NCBI GenBank assembly: GCA_030704615.1
Contig: CM060733.1
Coordinates: forward strand, 31,930,001-31,994,000
Length of the DNA: 64,000 bases
Direction: 5' to 3'
Origin: Takakia lepidozioides
Lineage: Eukaryota > Plantae > Bryophyta
Positions 23,160-35,989 of the stretch are shown here, piece after piece. A program made the position numbers and the translations under genes. Position 1 is the first letter of the stretch; every line of letters begins with the position of its first letter. The notes beneath the pieces were generated by a model. That model saw only the letters and a list, made by a program, of their open reading frames with translations, had not been told where the DNA came from and ran no database searches.

Positions 23160-26100
23160 TCAGCATCTCGACTGTTCTGTAGTTGGTCTGGACAAGATCA
23201 CCGATACAAGGGGTGGGCAACCTGGTTCCAAATGCTGTGTTTCTTGGCTACAATATTGCTGCTGAAGTGTTGCGTTTGAAGAAAAGAGTAGCACTATGTA
23301 ATCATGGGACAGGCTCTTCCAAGCCACTTGTGAAAATGTTGACAGACCCTTTGCCCTCAATGGCAAGACTTTCTCCTCCGGCAGACTTAACATAAGATGG
23401 GTGCTCGCAAAACTCTAAATATGCCAAGGCATCTTTTTCTTTGCCTACGTGCTTGGTAGCACCTGAATCAAGAAACCATTCAGATTCTAACTCCACAGCA
23501 TTATTGCCACATTCGAAAGACGTTTCTTCATTGTCAATGAAGGGAGCTCCTCCTTCTTCCATGACATTGGCTTGTGGAGGCCGATGACTATCACGATGCT
23601 CAGGTGCCCTCATGACCATTTCGCGTGCGAGTTCAACTCCTCATCAGGTGGCCGAGCTCTCCACAGAAGTTACAAGGACCTATGGTTCTAGGTCGAAATC
23701 CACTTCGTGCATGATCTTCAATATATTGAGATCGGAAACCACCAGTTCCAGGTTATGTGTGGAAGAATTGCCGTCCTAGGTAGTAATTTGGATGGTGATA
23801 CGTGGATGGATTTCGCATTCCGACCATTAGGGCTTCCGCACTGCTGTTACTCATGCTCTTGGCCCAAAATGTCAATCGTCCTTCTTCTTGCATCAGTCTC
23901 CCTGAGACCTCAAAGGTTGGAAGTTGCATGTTTCCATTGAAGGTATGCAATACCCCTCCAAAGCTGTGGGGAAGGGTGTTGAGTACCCTCTAGACCAAAT
24001 CTCGCTCATCCACAGCTTCTCCGATACAAGTTTGCAGGCTCGAGCTGTATTTTTAGATTTTTTGATACTCAGCCACATTAGTACATTTTCCCAACTTGAT
24101 CGTTGTGAGTTTATCCTTTAGCATTAATCTTGTGGCGTTGTGTGAAACCTTGTGTAGATCAGCAAGAAACCTCCAGCTTTCTTTGGGGTCAGTGAAAGCG
24201 ACATAGAAGGCATGATGCATGGTCTTTATCAGACACAGTCATCAAAGCCTTGACTCTCAGCTTCCGAAGTTCCTCAACCTATTCAACATTGTTTCAATCA
24301 ACGAATCGATAAGGGTGAGATGATCAACGATATTCCAAATATCCTCTCGAAGGGGGATGTTCTTGATCCTGAACTTCCAATTGGAGCTGTTCAGTGGCCC
24401 ACTTAATTTGTTGATCTCCAAATCCGGGTCATAACGAAGAGACGTGAAAGGAACAAAAGACAACGAAACAAGGAACAAGAAGGAACAAGAAACAAGAAAA
24501 GATAGAAGAAATATGGTGAACTTCGTGAGAAGAAAAAAACTATAGTGGAGAAGTTGAACCCGCTCTAGAGATCTGACACTCTTGAAATGACAACATACAA
24601 TATTATTCCAGGAGCTGAGCTCAACGACAGCTTTCTCAAATGGTGGACATGCAATAATCTGGGAGCTCAAGCTCACGAGTCTCGGTAGCCTTGCTCTAAT
24701 ACCATGAAGACACAAAGACACAAACAGTAAACTATACAAGAACAGACGTCTAAATCGATTTATGTGGCAGCTTCACGTAAAGAATACGTACACTTGGTAT
24801 AGGGAAACAACCAGTGTTGTGCAGGTCAGGGTTTTGAAGGCGGGTACCTGGCGGGTTAGGATCCGGGCTACCCGCACCCGGACCCGTGCTATCACAAAAA
24901 ACCCGGACCCTGACCCGGATTCATTTCTAAAATGAACCCGGAATCGGAACCGGACCCCCTGCTGGGTCCAGAACCCGTTAAACCCCTCTACCCGCGGGCC
25001 AATGTAGCGGCTCAGGGTCCGGGTCTTAATTTTAGATGGGGCATGCGGGGTCCACCTTAGAACTTGTAGGAGAGGGGACGAGCATCAGTAGGCCCACTGC
25101 AGCAGCCAAGCCCCACCACCTTGTAGCCCAGTGGTAATGCCCACACACCACCTCAAAAGCGGTTGTGGGTTCAATCCACGGAGTGGTGTCACAAAGTTGT
25201 GCCCTATGGGACCATAATTTCACCTCCCAAAGAAGACGTCATATATTATTAGTAGGCCAGATCCCACACATCCATGCTATAGTGATCTACCCTTGAGGCA
25301 TATTACTATTCTTAACATGTTTAAAGAATTGATATTGAAAAATAGAAAATGGAACTCAAACTTCTATTTTAATTCTTATTTGTGGTATACATATTCATAT
25401 TCATGGTATATTTTGAAGGAATATCTCTTAAAATAAAATTCATTATTAGGAATTAAAGTTTTTTCCAGCCAAAAATAATTTTATCCCTAATTAATCTTAT
25501 TTTTCTAATTTATTTAATCAGTAAATTAGGACCCGGATCCGAACCCGTGAACCCGCTAATATTTCCCAACAACTACCCGGACCTTGACCCGAGTCCGTGT
25601 TCCCGGACCCGGATTTTCCAAATTTCAAAAACCCAGATACGGACCCTGACTTGGCTCCGAATAAAAACCCGCACCCCCCCAACCCGCGGGTTCCTTAACC
25701 CCTAGACGCCCGCAAGCCTCGGTTGACGTTTTACCAAAAAAAGGGCCGGCCAGAAAAACTAGCGTAATTTTAATTTTTGAAAAAAAATGAATCTTGAAAA
25801 AGTGACCCGACAATATGAAGCCACCTACCCCAGGCAGGTCCTGCCCAATTTTGGAGCCAATCAGACAAAACCCCACTGTTGCCAGTGGGGTCCATTTTCG
25901 GAAGCCCAAAAAAAAAAAAATGGAGATTTGTGGTCGGGATGGAAAAAAAACGGCCATTTGTACCCAAAAACGTGGTGGCCGTCAATCGATCTCGCAGGGA
26001 CCATTCTGATGCAGACACGCAGTGTACCCACCAAAAAAAACAAGAAAAGGCCAAAATCTGCTCCTGGCAGAACTATTTGTGTAAAAAAAACGACCAATTT

Positions 26101-26326
26101 TGGGCCGGCCGGCGTTTACGGGTTAAAAAGGCAGAACCCGCACAACACTGGAAACAACCCCCTTTGATGATTGAAACAAGTCGATCTACCTACCTGTCCT
26201 AACTAACTACAAGGTACCTACAAAATTGTGTTTAATCGTAGTGGACAGGGGCATGAAATATCAACAGCTGCATCATAACAAACACATTGAACGGAGTACT
26301 AGAGCCACACTACCCCCATGCTAACA
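23160..26326 (-). mobile_element. Ty1/Copia 5' fragment: LTR (~26326-24705, interrupted), PBS, gag and protease relics
   Basis: PBS TGGTATTAGAGC (tRNA-iMet-like, 24704-24693) follows ...TTCA. Gag reads KLSGPLNSSNWKFRIKNI..REDIWNIV, and the protease reads WFLDSGATKH...AGGESLAIEGKGSV. The LTR start TGTTAG at 26326 is tentative. Confidence 0.85.
24812..26150. mobile_element. Non-autonomous hAT element, 1339 bp, inserted in the Copia LTR
   Basis: TIR CAGTGTTGTGC(A/G)GGT (14/15 match); perfect 8-bp TSD GAAACAAC at 24804-24811 and 26151-26158; many ACCCG(G) subterminal repeats. Confidence 0.93.
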
Positions 26327-26386
26327 GATCGGTAAGAAGATACGTTCCACATGCATTAATTTTGAACACTAATTTTGCACAGTTTT

Positions 26387-29300
26387 CTAGGTGCGCTTTC
26401 CATATCGTCGGTCCCGCTGCTGGTATGCCAACAAAGCATTCTTGAACTGTGCCTCCCCAAAGTCTGGCCACAGTATGTCTGCGAAGAAGAATTCTGTGTA
26501 AGCCGATTGCCAGAGAAAGAAGTTACTTAGACGTTGCTCTCCACTCGTCCGAATCAACAGGTCTGGGTCACTGGCCTTGCCCGCCCAGCTTGTTTTCAGC
26601 TCTTCATCAATTGCTGATTCTGTCACGTGGGATACACTCAGCTCTCCCTCCCGAACTCGGGCAGCCAATCGTTGACAGGCACCTACAATGTCCTGGCGTC
26701 CACTGTAGTTCAATGCAATACTGAATTTAAGGCCAGTGTTGTGCAGTGTACCCTCTTCTAGCCTGGCTATCACCTTCCTTAAGGACTCGGGCAGCAAGGA
26801 AAGGTCACCTATGCAGTGCACCTGGACGTTACCCCTGCATCATCCAGAACACAAGGATACACTTCAGGTTTTCTTAAACCCTCTGCCAAAGGGTTCTTTT
26901 GAGCTCCCCAGCAGCAGCTGTCAATTGATGTCTGTAACTACAAAAAAGGGACAAAATACAGATAAATTTACAACAGATAAAGGCAAGACAACATACACTC
27001 TACAAGGCCCCTTGCCGCCACACTCTGCCTTCCAACACCATCAGCATGGGCTTATGACATTTCTTTCATGAAGGTTGTGACTTGTGACAAGCCTTTTCAC
27101 CAACACTCCTGTCCACGCTGTGCACCCACCTACTCTAGATCCTTGCAATCTGACTGGTGCCAGCTAAGCAGCAGTATACATTCACTCGGCATTGGTGCAG
27201 GCTTGATTGGCTCCCATGTTGTAAGTTGGAGCTTGAAATCTAAGTGTTGCTCGAAGGGATAACATGCCAAGAGCAGCAGGTCATGGTCATGGCCAAAAGG
27301 AGCCCCTGAAGGGCAAACCTAAATAGCCCGTGTCCTCAACCTCTGGACAATGCTGCAAGTTGCTCTTGCTGACTTAGCCAAAGCCCCTCTAACAAAGTTG
27401 CATTACTCACAAATGGCACATGAGGTTCATGCCTTGCATTTCACACATTAGGTCTACAACACATCTGTCACAAACATTTCAACTGCTGCAGAAGAAAGTG
27501 CAGTGCACTTACGCAACAAAGTTGTCGAGCTCGTTTTCAAATAAACATTAAAGAATCAACCTCCCTCTGCAACCTCGCCAACAAACCAGACCACCAACTA
27601 ATGTGCTTGGTTAATTAGACACTTGTACATAACCTTAGATACCCGCCCCTTACAATTCATCCTCCACCACAGTCATCTCCCTTTTGAGTCTAACAGGATC
27701 TTTCCATATAATTATCTGAATGATCCTAGACCTGAATCATCTAACACCTAACCCCACATTGTGATCTTCTCTCCTACAGGTAATCTCCTCTCAATACCCA
27801 TCTGCACCATCTGATGAAGGGGAAACGTGCGTGCTCAAGGACAAAAGGTACAGTAAACTGGTCGGAGCATAAGACTTCTGCCAGCAACTTCCAAACATTC
27901 CTCCCCTAGAAATGCAAGCTCCTTGGCTGCTCTGTCTCTGTGTTTTTTCCACTTACAGCTTAACTGAAATTCTCCTCCTTGTAATACAGAGCAAAGTAAT
28001 TCCCGGCAAGTCATCTCTTGCTCTGTCCACTGCTACTTTCGTAATCACCTACCTTAGTTCGAAGCCAATTCTCAGTGGAAGAGGCAAACACAGTGAGCAC
28101 TTGAATGCCCCATTCCCGCGACAACATCAATACATCCAGAAGTGCCTGCACACCCGCCTTATACCCTAGAGTTGATGGCCAGCCTCTCCTCTCCGCCCAC
28201 CGACAATTGCCATCCATTATGATGGCCACATGCCTTGGCATCAACAAGGGATCAGGGTCTTCCGGCGAATATTCTTGGGTATGATCTGTATGACTGGGTA
28301 ACTGCACCAACCACCATAGTATACGTTAAGCTTTGCGAATAACCAATTCTAGATCCATGTAAAGTCTCTTCATTAAATTACCACTCCAGATTTGCAAATG
28401 ATGGATGTCATAGTTCTCAGTCCAACTCTATCCACCACCATGCCTATTCAGCAAGGAAGTGCACATGAGGGACAAAGACAAACAGAGCTCCAGGTGTATT
28501 TGCAACCACCTACTATGATCTTATACAAGGGAGTATACTGTGCACGCACAACTGCTTCATGTGAGAATATAATTAGTCCCCTGATCAGATGCTGAGGGAG
28601 ACTCTAAAACAGTCATGTCACCTGTCAAAACCGAGTAAAACACCCACCAATCGACTGTGTACAAAACGAAAACCTTACTGTTGACCACTTCAAATTGATA
28701 CACTCAAATGTGTTCCTGCAGAACCATGCCTAATCAGCACATTCCTGCAATGAAGCACGGTAGTAGGCAGACCGCCAGCCTCAAACCTCACAAAGGTACA
28801 TTCATAAGAACATTTGATAATCATCGATCAGTTGCAAGTAGAAACCTAAGGGAGTGAGCAGGTGGCATTTGTCCCAAAGTCTCATCTCCCAGCTAGACCG
28901 TTGCCACAGTTGATGTCCTTCCACATCGTTCAAAACCATTTTCAACTTTGATTTAATCTCCTGGCGAAAGCCATAATTTACACTCAGTGCCTGCTCTGAT
29001 CTTGAAGGCTTAAAAAAACCAGAACCTCAATACTGCAGTCTTTTCATATGAGAGCAACAGAGTGACCGGGAATTTGACCTGGGCCCGGAGATGAGGGACC
29101 TCTCCCTTTGGATCTCCAGCATGCGAAGTCGAATCCAACTTCAGCGCTGCAAATGGTGGGGGCGGTCCAATTGAAGCCGGAAAAGGAATAAAATCCTTCG
29201 TAGCGACTGAAACAGGGACAAAATTCTTGATAAAAGGCGCCTGCAGACTGACTGCTGCTAAGGTTGTTCACAGACACAGGAGAGACATGGAGGAAGGCGT

Positions 29301-29400
29301 TCGCGCATTTAGCTTTGCCGATTGAGAGGCTTACTTTGGCCATGACCACGATCTGCAGCTCCTGGCGTCTTCTACCTTCAAGTGACATTGAACTTTGCAT
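26387..29400 (-). pseudogene. cis-prenyltransferase (UPPS/dehydrodolichyl-PP synthase family), probably disabled
   Basis: [54 protein letters not shown] and RDRRYG motifs. The small exon at ~27512-27565 is out of phase and contains TGA. Non-canonical GYKAG and FASS replace GH..G and FAFS. The first exon (29400-~29050) is tentative. Confidence 0.88.
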
Positions 29401-30144
29401 TGCTGCAAGTTATATAACCTGGGAGCCAGAAGCCTGACGCCATGCCTAGTGAATCTGTGCTGTTCAGCGCCTCCGAATTTTGTGTGGCCTTGTCGTACAT
29501 AATTGGGCTGGGCAGGTGGGAACCCACCGGAGGCCTGTTCAGCTATTACCAGTCAGCGTGCCTGCACACTGCAACTGGACAGGAGTGCTGACCAGTGAAG
29601 AGGCTCACTGTCACAACCCTCATGAAAGAAATGTCATACATAAACCCACCGAGAGTCACGGCGGCAAGGTGCTTGTCATCCTGTCTTGCTTTTATCTGTT
29701 GTTATTACTTTTGTACACTGTCCCATTTTGGAGTTACAGCCACCAGGCAGCAGCAGCTGCTGGGGAGCTGAAAAGAGACCGTTTGGCAAGAGTTTTAGAA
29801 AACCTCAAGTGGACCGTAGCGGTCTGATTGATGGCAGTAGTGCAGTGAGCTGCAATGGAATGTAGGTGCCCGTCAAGCCCCACTGTCATGCGGCGAAAAA
29901 GGCACCGGCCTCGTTCAACATGTGAACTTTGAAGTGTTCACGTCCTTGGAGTTGATCGAGTTGCTGGACCGTCCGTGACAGGGGAGTTAAGCGCCTAGTG
30001 GGGTTACGGTAAGTTTCATATTTTGGAAAAACTGAGCCCTGACACAAAAGTCGGAATAACTCCCTGAAAAAGATCTGCATTATTTGACGGCATAGAAGCA
30101 CGTGCCTCTTGCTGGTACCTCTTGCTGGGCTGAGTAGATCTGTA

Positions 30145-31251
30145 GGGAATTCCAAAAAGGCCTTGATGTGAAATGCATCGCAATTCACTTGATCACCCCC
30201 TAAAAGTGCGCAATTCAATTGAATTGCAAGGGCAATTCAATTGAACTAACCCTAATTTGCAATTCAATTGAATTGTCGGCACACAGGATTCAATTGAATT
30301 GCTGACTACAATTCAATTGAATTGTAATCTATAATTTTTAACTTATTTCTGTATATAATATATATGTATATATTTAAATTATACATATATACATACACAG
30401 GTATAAGCTAAAAATACATGTTGCCCGTCTATTCTTGCTGTCCGTCTGTCAATCCTTTGCCCGTGGTAAAGGCTTGAGCCCAAGATAAGCCTAAGGGAGA
30501 GCGAGAGAGAGGGGAAGTCACGAAGCGCTTGTAAAAGCGGGATTGTCTCTCTTTGTGGATGTTGGTGCCAATATATGGCTATGTACATATACCAAACATG
30601 ATACCAATGTAAGAGTATCAACGTGTAAAAGTTTGATATATTAAACTTATATAGAGCACACATCCCAACTTCAACCTTTGTAAGGGTATCGAAATTTTTG
30701 ATAATTCTCAAGATGAACATATTTTTTGTTTTCTTTGTCCTGGGCCAGATACTAGTGTTAGGGGACTACATGGTGATGCAGGGGAAGCCTTTCATCAATT
30801 GTCAGGTTTGATTTTGTCTGTTTTTTTCGGAGCCAGCCATGTTTCTTTTGCCAGTGAATCACAGGAAGCTGCTGATCTGTCTCCGTCTCTGGCTCTCCCT
30901 TTCTCGCTGAGGCTGAGGATGGTTTCACAACTCCACAATTTCCTCAAGGGCACAAGAAAGAGGGCCAGCAAGAATAGACGGGCAACATGTATTTTTAGCT
31001 TATACTCTTATATGTGTATAAATATAATTTGAATATATACATGTACATATATATTATATATTATATACAAAAATAAGTTAAAAATTATAGATTACAATTC
31101 AATTCAATTGTAGTCAGCAATTCAATTGAATTGCCAACTAGCGATTCAATTGAATTGCAAATTAGGGTTAGTTCAATTGAATTGCGCACTTTTAGGGGGG
31201 TGATCAAGTGAATTGCGATGCATTTCACATCAAGGCCTTTTTGGAATTCCC
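30145..31251. mobile_element. Long-TIR (~295 bp) non-autonomous Mutator-type/foldback element
   Basis: 30145-30440 is an inverted copy of 30965-31251 (GGGAATTCCAAAAAGGCC...). Flanks TAGATCTGTA and TAGATGTGCA match at 8/10, consistent with a 10-bp TSD. Confidence 0.9.
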
Positions 31252-31948
31252 TAGATGTGCAGGGTAATCGAGCAAAACCCAACTGTTGGGAGTTGGGGCC
31301 CATTGTTGGGCCCTTTTGCAAAAATAAAGAGGGATTTTGTGTTTTTAGTTTCGGATGACGGGATGAAGGCTGATGTCGGGACTTGGACCTGTGAGTTCGA
31401 GGCCTTCATCCCAAAGGGATACCGCATCCAACAAGACAACAGTAACTAAAATTGGGTAAAAATCCAAGGAATGCCACGTGGTTAATGCAAAGGAAGGGGG
31501 CTCATTATTGGGTTTTTTTAACACTTGGCAAACAATGTCACAGTTTAAGTGTATGATTGTATGATTGATGATGTATCATGTATATCATCTGTACATCACT
31601 TATCATATAGTGCTGATGTCATTGCTGCAACTCCTCAGGATTCACAGGTGAAGCAAATAATGCAGAGCCCCCTTATGTAATTCTTGTCGTAGGCCAATAC
31701 GGTACCCTTCTATCCATGTCTTAGCTGCAGCTCCAATCCAAGTCCTCAAAATGCAAGCTGCGAAACAAGTAGACCTGCCCAACTTTAGCCACACACAAAA
31801 CAATAGGAAAAAAAAAACTTGCCAAAAACTCCTAGGAAATGAAAGAATTTACCAAAAACCAAACAAGCTCTACTCTAATATTATGATCTTTTCCATGCTA
31901 AAACATGAACATGCAAACTACACAATTAGATGTGTCGGATGATCTCAC

Positions 31949-33185
31949 CAGTGTTGGTCTGATATCAGGTTCAGGACATACCAAACTGGTGGTACGAGAC
32001 CAGTGTTGGACCGGTATCATCAACATTTCATACCAGCCAGGGTATGGTATTGTTGGTGAAGAGGCCTCCTTCATACCTGGCAGGTAATAGTATCAAGGTA
32101 GGTACTAAGCTTTTAATGTACCAGTCTGGTATGTATATTGTTTTTGTTTGGCCTGGTATGGTATGGTATCAATATTTCAAATTTCAAATCTTATATTGGG
32201 GGTATATCAATACTGGTATCAATACAATTATTTTATTATTTTATTTTATTTTAAACTGAAAAATAAAAATCTGTCCAAATTATACCGCTGAGGTGATCAC
32301 TTCAGCGGCTGAGTGCCGCAATTCATAATAACAATGAGCTGGATCTCACCTTAGGTAATTTGAGGTCACCTTACAAGAGCCATATTACAGGGCTGATAAA
32401 TGAGACAATGCTCCAAGCCTAAGCAGATTTTTGAATGGCAAAATCAGAGCCCCCAAAATCGCCATTCAGATCGTCTCAATCAAAGAGCCGCAACTCTCCA
32501 TTGTTGCACCCTAAATCTCTAACGCTCCACATATTGATACCTAGGGTGCAAGCGACAGCGGAAGACATAGTACCGGTATCAACAAAGTTGCGTTCCGATA
32601 CCAGGCTGGTATGGTAGGAGCCCAGGTATTAGCATTATACTATATTGCCCCCAATATTTGCTGCCCAGAGTATTGCCAGTTGCTTATACCCGCCTGGTCT
32701 AGTACCCTGCTGAGATACCCTTACCCGTGGTGATACCCCGCCTCACCCCCATATACCGGTCCAACATTGTACCAGACTCATCACAAAACTTTCATACCAG
32801 TCTCATCTATATAATGGTGGATGTATTTTTTTCCAGATATTGGTATGAGTATGAGTATCATGACCACAATACCAACTGGTAGGAGATATCAATTCTGGTA
32901 TCATTCCAAAGCCATCATGACTTACAACTTTATATCAAGTGAAAACAAATACAACAAACATAAAGTAAATGTAAATAAGTACATATATACTGTACAAATA
33001 ACTTAGTATAGTACACATACCAAAGTAAATGAGGAAGACGGTGGGGGTATTGGTATGAGAAAACGTCAACCAACATATATGACGTGGTATTCTCCCAAAC
33101 AATACCAGAGTGGTCTGGTATCTAATACGAGTGCATAATATACCTGTGCATACAAGTCCTTCACCTATATACCAGACCAAAACTG
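31949..33185. mobile_element. Non-autonomous hAT element (outer)
   Basis: TIRs CAGTGTTGGTCTGATAT and CAGTTTTGGTCTGGTAT (15/17); TSD GATCTCAC/GATCTCAT; TGGTAT/ATACCA repeats. Confidence 0.85.
32001..32769. mobile_element. Non-autonomous hAT element nested in the previous one
   Basis: TIR CA(G/A)TGTTGGACCGGTAT (16/17); TSD TACGAGAC/TACCAGAC. Confidence 0.85.
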
Positions 33186-33256
33186 GATCTCATCCCCACA
33201 TCATGCATAGTCTCGAGATCTCTGCAGTATGTCACATCAAACAATGTTATAGGCTT

Positions 33257-33760
33257 TCATGTTGCATTTACAATTCTTTTAAAGCATCGTCCCAAGTAGC
33301 AAGATATATCTCCATATACACCACAATAGAACTTTTGTCTCCGTCCAAACTCAATACATTTTCTTTTCTGGGAGCCCTTTATGGAATAATGAAGAGCTCC
33401 TGGGTTTGGCACATTCGCCCCTTGCATCAATATTTTCCTAGGACCAATCCACCGCCTTGTTAGACCCTTAGCTACTTCTATATTGAAGGGCGCGTGGGAT
33501 TGGGAAGTGCGACCCTTGCCCTTCATGAACCACAAATACAACATGTGCATTATAAGTAATGTATCCACGCTATGACATCCACGAGGGTAGCTACCATGTG
33601 AGCAACGCTTTGCACACTAATCATGAGCATAATCTCTTAAGCGTGAGCAGATTCGGGAAGCGGAGCCTACACCCCAGGTAATACAGGACATATTTCCATG
33701 GATGCAAACTCTTCTGATTGCAAATTCACGTAGGCAGCCGAGGACCAAACATGTCGTGCT
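33257..33760 (-). pseudogene. Possible piggyBac-like transposase C-terminal relic
   Basis: ...SHAPFNIEVAKGL...KRKCIEFGRRQKFYCGVYGDISCYLGRCFKRI resembles a decayed piggyBac Cys-rich domain. Weaker upstream resemblance to the GVD..D and D...NA motifs. Confidence 0.4.
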
Positions 33761-34199
33761 CAATGCATGCAATGTCGGATGAATATGTGATGAAAAATGG
33801 CCGGATGAAAGAAGCATGGATGAATGAAAGAAGTGGATGGATGAATGTGGAATGAACGTGAGCCCTGAAGAATGGAGCATGGACTGAAATAAAATTGATT
33901 GTACGGCAAACACCGCATTGACGACAAATTCTATACCCGGAGAAACACGGGGAAACCATAACTACAAACACGAATCCCGCAACCCAAATTTCAAACCCCC
34001 ATGGAAAACCATAAACCAAAAACCCATGCCCGCAATGATAAACCCCAAACCCCAAACCTCAAAGCAGAAACGGAAGCCACAAACCCAGAACTTTAACCCT
34101 ATTTCAAACGGCACATGGGAATCCAACCCAAAAATCAATTAAATATTTAAAATTAAAACAAAACCTAAGCGAAGAGCCATGTTCTACCACTGAAACAGG

Positions 34200-34890
34200 C
34201 TGGGCATTAAGGTGGCATCAACGCCACCTTAATTCGCGGCCCTCACAAGGAACATGACAATTCACCCCAAAAGCCAAAAGTAAAAATAAAAATGAAATAA
34301 AAGCCTTGGCGAGGAGCCATGTTCGTAGAGGGAAACAGGCTCGGCATTAAGGTGGCGTCAACGCCACCTTAATTCCCAGCCCTTGTTAGAGCTTAATTCC
34401 TTAATGCCGTCAACGCCACCTTAATTCCCAGCCCTTGTTAGAGCTTAATTCCAGCCCAGAAGATTAAAGTGGTGTCAACGCCACCTTAATCTGGCACATT
34501 CGGGAAAAAATAAAATAAAAATAAAAATCGGAAGGTGTTGTCAACGACACCTTAATTCCCAGCCCCGTTGAAAGATGACAATTCACCCCAAAAACAATAA
34601 AAACAATAAAAACTAAATAAAAGCCTTGGCAAGTAGCCATGTTCGTAAAGGAAAACAAACTCGGCATTAAGGTGGCGTCAACGCCACCTTAATTCCCAGC
34701 CCCTGTTGGAGCTTAACTCCAGCCCAGAAGACCAACCAGATTAAGGTGGCGTTGGCATTGTGGCGTCAACGCCACCTTAATCTGGCACATTCGGAAGGGA
34801 ATATATATATATATATATTCCTGAATGTGTCATATTAAGGTGTCGTCAACGACACCTGAAACTGGCTGGTCTTCTGGGCTGGAATTGAGC
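34200..34890. repeat. Array of about eight 26-bp palindromes TTAAGGTGGCGT-CA-ACGCCACCTTAA within ~140-bp units, ending in a foldback centred on (AT)9
   Basis: Copies at 34207, 34347, 34408 (half), 34464, 34532, 34667, 34741 and 34835. Confidence 0.9.
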
Positions 34891-35303
34891 TTCTGCCAAA
34901 TTAAAATACACTTATTTAAACTCAACAACACATACAATTTCCGTTGAGCTTCTTTATGGCTCTTGAATTTTTCCAATATCCTTCTGTTTAGAGGGGTGGA
35001 GATTAAGCTGGCTAGTGCCTCCCAGGATTGTCGTGGTGGCAGCTTCTTGTTCCTGTTATCGTCACTGTCTGGTTGTTCCCCTGGTTCGTGAGTAGGCCAG
35101 CTTTCTTCATCAGGGTGTTCTGCTATTCCGTCCCCACGTACCATATCGATTTTGTTGGTCAAGTTTTCGCGGTAGGTTTGCAGCTCCTCCTTGGTCCAGG
35201 GTATAATGTGTTTTGTTGCCCTGCTGCCCATTAACCAATAAGTACGCGGTACTTAGCCAATGGCGGGACAAGGGTACATTACCACGAGAGCAGTAAGGGG
35301 TAG

Positions 35304-35989
35304 TGTAGTAACCGTGTGCCGTGAACCACGATATCACACGGTCACGATAGCATCGGCTTTAACCAATAGAGGGAGTAGTGGACCGTTTACCACTATGGCT
35401 CACGACCACTACAACGAGCCACTTTTTAGCAAATTTTTTAGGTTGCGTATGCAGTTAGGCAAATGGTCATTAACGACCGCAGGCTGTAACGGCTCTTTTG
35501 AGCATAGTATAAAAAGACTGCACGCAACTTAGAGAGTGTGCAGTATGAGTATCAGTGATCAATGTGTATTTAGAGGGACTCAGAGTGATTTTGTGTACTT
35601 CTGTGATGATGTGACGAGCTCTGAAGTAAAGCCATGCTATTCAAAGTATCTATGTGTAGAGTGAACATGAGATGGTGAGAATGTGTATCATCTCAAAATA
35701 GTTCTTGTTTTCTCTTGACTACCATCTGCTTGTATGAACCAAGAGGCTTCAGTCCTTTCAACTAAGATTTTTTATGCTTAAGAGACTGTAGATTGGTCTT
35801 AATCAATAGGATTCTGCTGTCTGCAAGGATACGGCTTCATCCGACGTTCATGGTTTAGCTATCCTTACAACGATTACTCCGTAATCGTTTCTGAAAGCAT
35901 ACCATCGGACAACCTCTGTTGCATGTCTTAGGAAATGGGCAGTAGTGTTAATAGCCTGTTTTGTCTAAGTCATAAACCAGCGGTTAACA
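35304..35989 (+). repeat. LTR of the Ty3/Gypsy element
   Basis: Termini TGTAGTAACCG...CGGTTAACA; internal TATAAAA at ~35508; followed by PBS-like TGGTGACCATACTGGG (35992) and preceded by purine-rich GTAAGGGGTAG. Confidence 0.65.

Noticed and set aside
31262-31525. Additional small MITE directly after the foldback element
   Set aside because: Only weak inverted similarity and no TSD.
34200-34890. CRISPR-like array of palindromic repeats
   Set aside because: The spacers are themselves repeats of one another and irregular in length, there are no cas genes, and the context is eukaryotic.
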